From Folioceros fuciformis (taxonomy: Eukaryota), in contig JBNGIO010006223.1 of NCBI GenBank assembly GCA_049999805.1, positions 286,743 through 327,355 on the forward strand: DNA of 40,613 nt, written 5' to 3'. This document shows positions 35,940 to 40,613 of the stretch, one piece after another (position 1 is the stretch's first letter; every line of letters begins with the position of its first letter). The translations under genes and the position numbers were made by a program. The notes under the pieces are model-generated. The model ran no database searches, was not told the DNA's origin, and saw only the letters and a program-made list of their open reading frames with translations.

Positions 35940-38900
35940 ATGGCCACTACGGACGCCAAGCACTCGCAACCGCCTGCAGCTACTGCCATGCACACGCCGC
36001 TGGAGCGCCACTGGATGCCGGACGAGCGGGATGCCTTCATCCTCTGGCTGCGAGGGGAATTCGCCGCTGCCAACGCTATCATCGACGCCCTGTGCCGCCA
36101 TCTGCAGCTCTTAGGCCAGCCCGGCGAGTACGACTTTGCTTTCACCTGCATTCAGCAGCGCCGCTACAACTGGACTGTGGTGCTCCACATGCAGCAGTAT
36201 TATTCTGTGGCCGAGGTTGTCATGGCCCTGCAGCAGGTCCTCTGGCGCAAACAACAGCAACACCAGCACCATCAGCAACAGCAACAGGGCAATAACCCGG
36301 CCGCGCCCGTCACCACCGATCACCATCCCGCCAAGCTGCCCCTTCCCGTGCCCGTACCCGTTCCCGTGCCCCTCTACCTCCATCCCGCTAGCCTCGTCCT
36401 ACCGGATAATCCCCAGCCCGCCATTCCCACTCCTCACCTACCGCACGGAGATCCGCTTGCCCAGGACTCCTCCGATCCGGATTCCCTCCACCCCGCCCCT
36501 CAGGCAGCCCCCGCATCCATCAAATCACCACCTGCTCCTGCCCCTGCCCCTTCTCCAACCCCTACCCCTGCTCTACACGGGGGCGACCAAGTCACCGCCG
36601 TCCAACGGCAACAGGTGGAAGAGCTGGACGTACAGCCACAGGTGCAGGTTGAGCTACAGCCACGACCACAGCCTGACCCGGACCCGGACCCGGACCCGGA
36701 CCCGGACTCCGGCCAGGAGCTCAACAAAACAGCATTCCCATCACCATCTGCATCCGCATCCGCATCAGCGCAGGACACGCCGCAGGAGGATCAAATCACA
36801 GCTACCGCGCTAGTCGATTCCACTACCCCGCCTGCCCTACATCAATCCAACAAGGAACATCTGCACGACAACAACCAAGCGTCGCCTCAAGGTACCTCTC
36901 ATCCCTCAAATCACTACGGAGGGCCATCGGATCTGCCTACTTTCTGCTTTCTGCCCCTGCGCTGCCCCTGGACTCATCAGTGTAAATTAAATCCTGTCCT
37001 GTGTGCCAGAACTCTCTCCGGATCCTCCATGCCAGAACAGTGTGCCACCACACGACAAGCACGCCCCACAACTTCCCTCACCTCCTCCACTCTTGAAAGC
37101 CAAGTCACTTGATGCCTCCCACAATTTTTACGAGCAGCTAGAGCCGACTCAGCACACCAGCGGCAACCCCTCAGGCAAGTACACTGTTCACAGTCTTGAA
37201 GCCCGCTGCTGAGGCTTGCATTTCACTCAATCCTTCGTCCCTCTCTTGCCTTTTTTTTTTGTTTGTTTTCGCATTCGCCAGGCTATTTCCTAGGCGCAGA
37301 GTTTCGATTTTCCTCCACCAATGAAGAAGAGAGACGCCATGCTCTGGTCAAGGCCACAAAGAACTACAGCTGTATTGAAATTATTGAAGGAAAACCTGTA
37401 TGTCTGTCTGTAATGACCGCCTTCTTCTTTGCTTTCTGCATCCACGCCTACATATTCTTCTCACACAGTTTTACCCTGACGCTCAGGTAAACGTGGTGGA
37501 AGGCCTTGAGCTTCATGAAAACGTGTTTGATGACTCGGAGACTTCGCGACTCCTTTCTATTGTTAATGATCTCTTTTCCACAGGCAAGAGAGGTGAATCT
37601 GGCAAGTTCTTCTGTATGGTCTATGCTATTCCCAAGGGCTTTCACCTTATGCAGAACACATTTGGCTCACAACCTGCGAGGACAAACAAGTGGTATTCCT
37701 TGGCTGTACGCATGCAGGGCGAGGACATGGCTTAAAGCGATGGCAAAAGGACAAAGGACGAGAAATACTGCAGTTTGCTCTTCCTAATATGAATGAAGAT
37801 GACAAGCTATCACCCTCCCTCGTCAAAGGTGACTTTTGCTCCTGCTTCTTCATGTTTTTTGCTTCCAACTGCCTGGGTCACGACATCAGGGAACCACTCA
37901 AGGCCAGTCTATTTTTGGACTGTGTACATCTTTGATGGATTAGAAGATGTCATGTCTGCACATCATTCTTCCCTTTAATCTTCCCTACCCAGTTGTTCTC
38001 TCAGTCCTGGGGTCACGTTTAAATTTCCATCAGGCTGGCTATTTTGCACTGTGTTGAGCCTGCGTACTGCTTTTTGTTCAGCTCAACTGTATCAGTCTTT
38101 TTGTCTTTTTGCACAGAGCAACTTGCTTCGTACTATTTTGACATGAGCAGACGTGATTTATCGAGTTTTCGCTCCACTCTTGGTGTGAATCCTAAAAGTC
38201 CAAGCTGCAAAGACGAGGGAGGGACATCATTTGCATCAGTTAACAGCAGGTGTACTTACTGCGCAGATGAGGCAGGAGAATCAGTCATTGGATTTTTCCT
38301 AGCAGTAGTTGAACGACTTTTGCGCTGGCACATAATACCCGCTAGCAAAAGGCCTGACTTTTGTAGCATCAACGTGTCTGAAGAGGTACCCTATCCTCCA
38401 GGAGGCCGACAAGGAAGCCATTCACCAGCTTCTGCTAAGTCTCTTGTCCTTGCTCTGCTTCTATTGAGTCTAATACCTTGTATTGCTGCCATTTTCAGGG
38501 AGAGTATATACGGCCGAACGGAGACCATCACAATTGGGATAGGCCTTTTTGCGCCCTATCAATCTCGACCGAGAGCACGATGGTGTTTGGGCGCTTCCTT
38601 AAAATGGATCGCCCGGGAGAATTTAACGGGCCTTTCAAACTCTCTATTCCATCTGGGTATTTACTCTTTGAGCTCATCCTGTGTACTGATCTGCATGACT
38701 TTATGCTGCGGTGTGAGGCCTGTTGACGGTTAGAACTGGAGTCTCTCATGAGGATAGTGACTGACAAATCCGTTATCTAAGCAAGGCACGATCTCCGGGG
38801 TGTCTTCCATGCAGTTCTGTTGTAGTTTTACAAGGAAACAGTGTGGATGTGGCGAAGTCTGCTATCCCGACCCTGTCAAGTCGAAGAATCTCGATTACTT

Positions 38901-39712
38901 TTGGAAGGAAGCTTGTTAACAAGAGTTCCAAAACGAACCAGTCGCTAGGATCTTCTACCTCGACCTCGTGGACGTCTCCGAGCAGGCAAGGGATAAGCGG
39001 CAGTCCTGGACCCAACAGTGGGTCACCCAACCGTGGGGGATTGACCCCATTCAAAGCCCACAACTTCGCTCCTACATCAGGTGTGTTACCGGTGCCGCCA
39101 ATCAGGCCAACAGCTGCAGTACCTCAAGCATCTGCAGGTATCCAACCTTTGTTTTCAAGTACATCTCCTCACAGTAGTGCTTTCCCTGGTCTACAAGTGT
39201 TGTCCCCGGCTGCCTGGTCGACAGCGAACAGGCCCGCAAGGGCGCCTAGTGCCGGGACAGGAGTTTTTTTCCCATCTAGTGGCTCACCGAGCGGCCCTGG
39301 GCGGCCTGTTCCAGCAGCCAACCAACGTAGGCAAGGACTTGCTGCAGCGCCCGTCCCCACACTACAAAAGACAGCTTCGTCACCTGCGTCCTTCCCTTCC
39401 TTAGATGGGCCACCGCCTTCTTCCCCCTCCCCTCCATCATCTTCATCAGGCAAACCACTGAAGTTGACAGGGTCAGGTTCTAGTACTCCTCAAAGTCCAG
39501 AGGTACTCGTCTCACCTACTTATGATGGAGCATCCGGTAGCAAGCCAGGTGGCGGCACAGGGGCGCCAGGAGTAGAGACGACTGTGAAGTCGGAATCCAA
39601 CGGCACTCGAGCAGGTAAAGAGGAACACGGTGGTCGCTCTGTTCGCCCCAAGTCCGTTTCCGTCAGCAGAGTTCCAATAGTTTTGGTCAGCTCTCAATCC
39701 CAGGCCAGTTGA
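35940..39712 (+). CDS. ALKBH9/ALKBH10-family AlkB (2OG-Fe(II) fold) RNA demethylase-like protein; ~8 exons
   Basis: The N-terminal DERDAFILWLRGEFAAANAIIDALCRHL...GEYD...IQQRRYNW..VLHMQQYYSVAEV is the ALKBH10-type domain. Later motifs: VNVVEGLELHE, KGREILQF, PDFCSIN, RPFCALS, GSVVVLQGNSVDVAK, RRISITF. Exons approx. 35940-36891, 37010-37174, 37282-37397, 37487-37601, 37718-37828, 38267-38385, 38499-38656, 38815-39712. Confidence 0.88.
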
Positions 39713-40613
39713 TACTGCTGCTTTCAACGGGGCACCTCCGATAGATGTTTCAGCGATACTCGTGCCGCCTGGAATTGGTCCATGTTGAGTTTGGTTTGAA
39801 GAGTGACGGATAAAGGTTGTTCGACCGGCACCTCCACGAAGAAGGTAACTCGTCTCTGCTTGCTCTAGTAGTTGAGAGGCTTCTCTGACCCTCCCGGCAC
39901 AGCTTAGTTATGATTTGGGTTACGTAGCATACAGCAGCTCTTATCTATTTCACCTGTGGACGCAGTGTCTGTCGGGAAGGAGATGAGCAGTCGCACTGAC
40001 CGCTGCGCCTCAGGGATTTCTACCCTCTTTCTTGGAGGGATTGGGCCTCCAAAGAGGACTCACGAACTGGGAAGCGTTAAGGGAATGGGACACACATGGA
40101 ATAGGATAGTAGAATAGGATTAGGAAGCAACCCTAAGGGAGACGGGGTGGTAGGGCACATCAGCAAATGAGCATCTTAGGTTGGGATTCACGGCACCACG
40201 GTGATTCTTCCTTGCGCAGTAACGCCACCATTAATTCTTTCAAAACCCTCTTTCTGCCGATAGAAGGAAAGTCGGCATCGTCTTAAACGCCTTGCCTGTA
40301 GTCGGTTGGCACTTGATTCATTCCAGGTGGTGTGGAGGATAATGACATCCCGGCGCTAGTAGGCACAGAGTAACGACACTCGCATAGTGCCCGAGTCCTG
40401 TCTGGCGTCCAGGGCTTCCCAGCTCTCCCGACGTCCAAGCCGTCCCCCATGCGTGCTCTGAATTATTGAGTATTGTAGTTTTGTGGGCCAAAATAAAGAA
40501 GGGCATGAATAAAGTGCAATTCCGATTCAGAGTGTAAAGAAACACGAGGGATTCATTGTCAAAGGAACATAAGAAAGATTCAATGTTAAAAGAAAATAAA
40601 GAAATTTGATTCT

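Noticed and set aside
40280-40545. Possible terminal exon of a minus-strand gene entering from the right edge
   Set aside because: An acceptor-like site exists near 40457, but no frame can be supported by recognisable protein sequence.

Overview
Eukaryotic nuclear DNA from a gene-dense land plant with short (mostly 75-110 bp) spliceosomal introns. It is most consistent with a bryophyte such as a hornwort, which is an inference from intron size and gene content. Left to right the window holds: a decayed PIF/Harbinger transposon (Myb/SANT ORF and DDE nuclease, divergent); a small chloroplast-type membrane protein gene (At5g57345/OxR-like); chloroplast ClpC (9 exons, one GC-AG intron); a purine-rich array of ~45-bp units; a signal-peptide-bearing PEBP gene; an Integrator subunit 8 (INTS8) homolog; a 5'-truncated RT+RNase H LINE with a perfect 16-bp target-site duplication; a TTF1/Reb1/DMTF1-like multi-Myb gene head-to-head with PELOTA; a microsatellite-rich region with a sharp G-to-C strand-skew inversion; and an ALKBH9/10-family gene whose Fe(II)-binding histidines appear substituted. 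The most notable observations are the plant INTS8 with a WFEF-like PP2A-recruiting motif, the Tad/I-type LINE, the secreted PEBP, the probable pseudo-demethylase and the skew inversion. All family assignments come from recalled motifs, not database searches.
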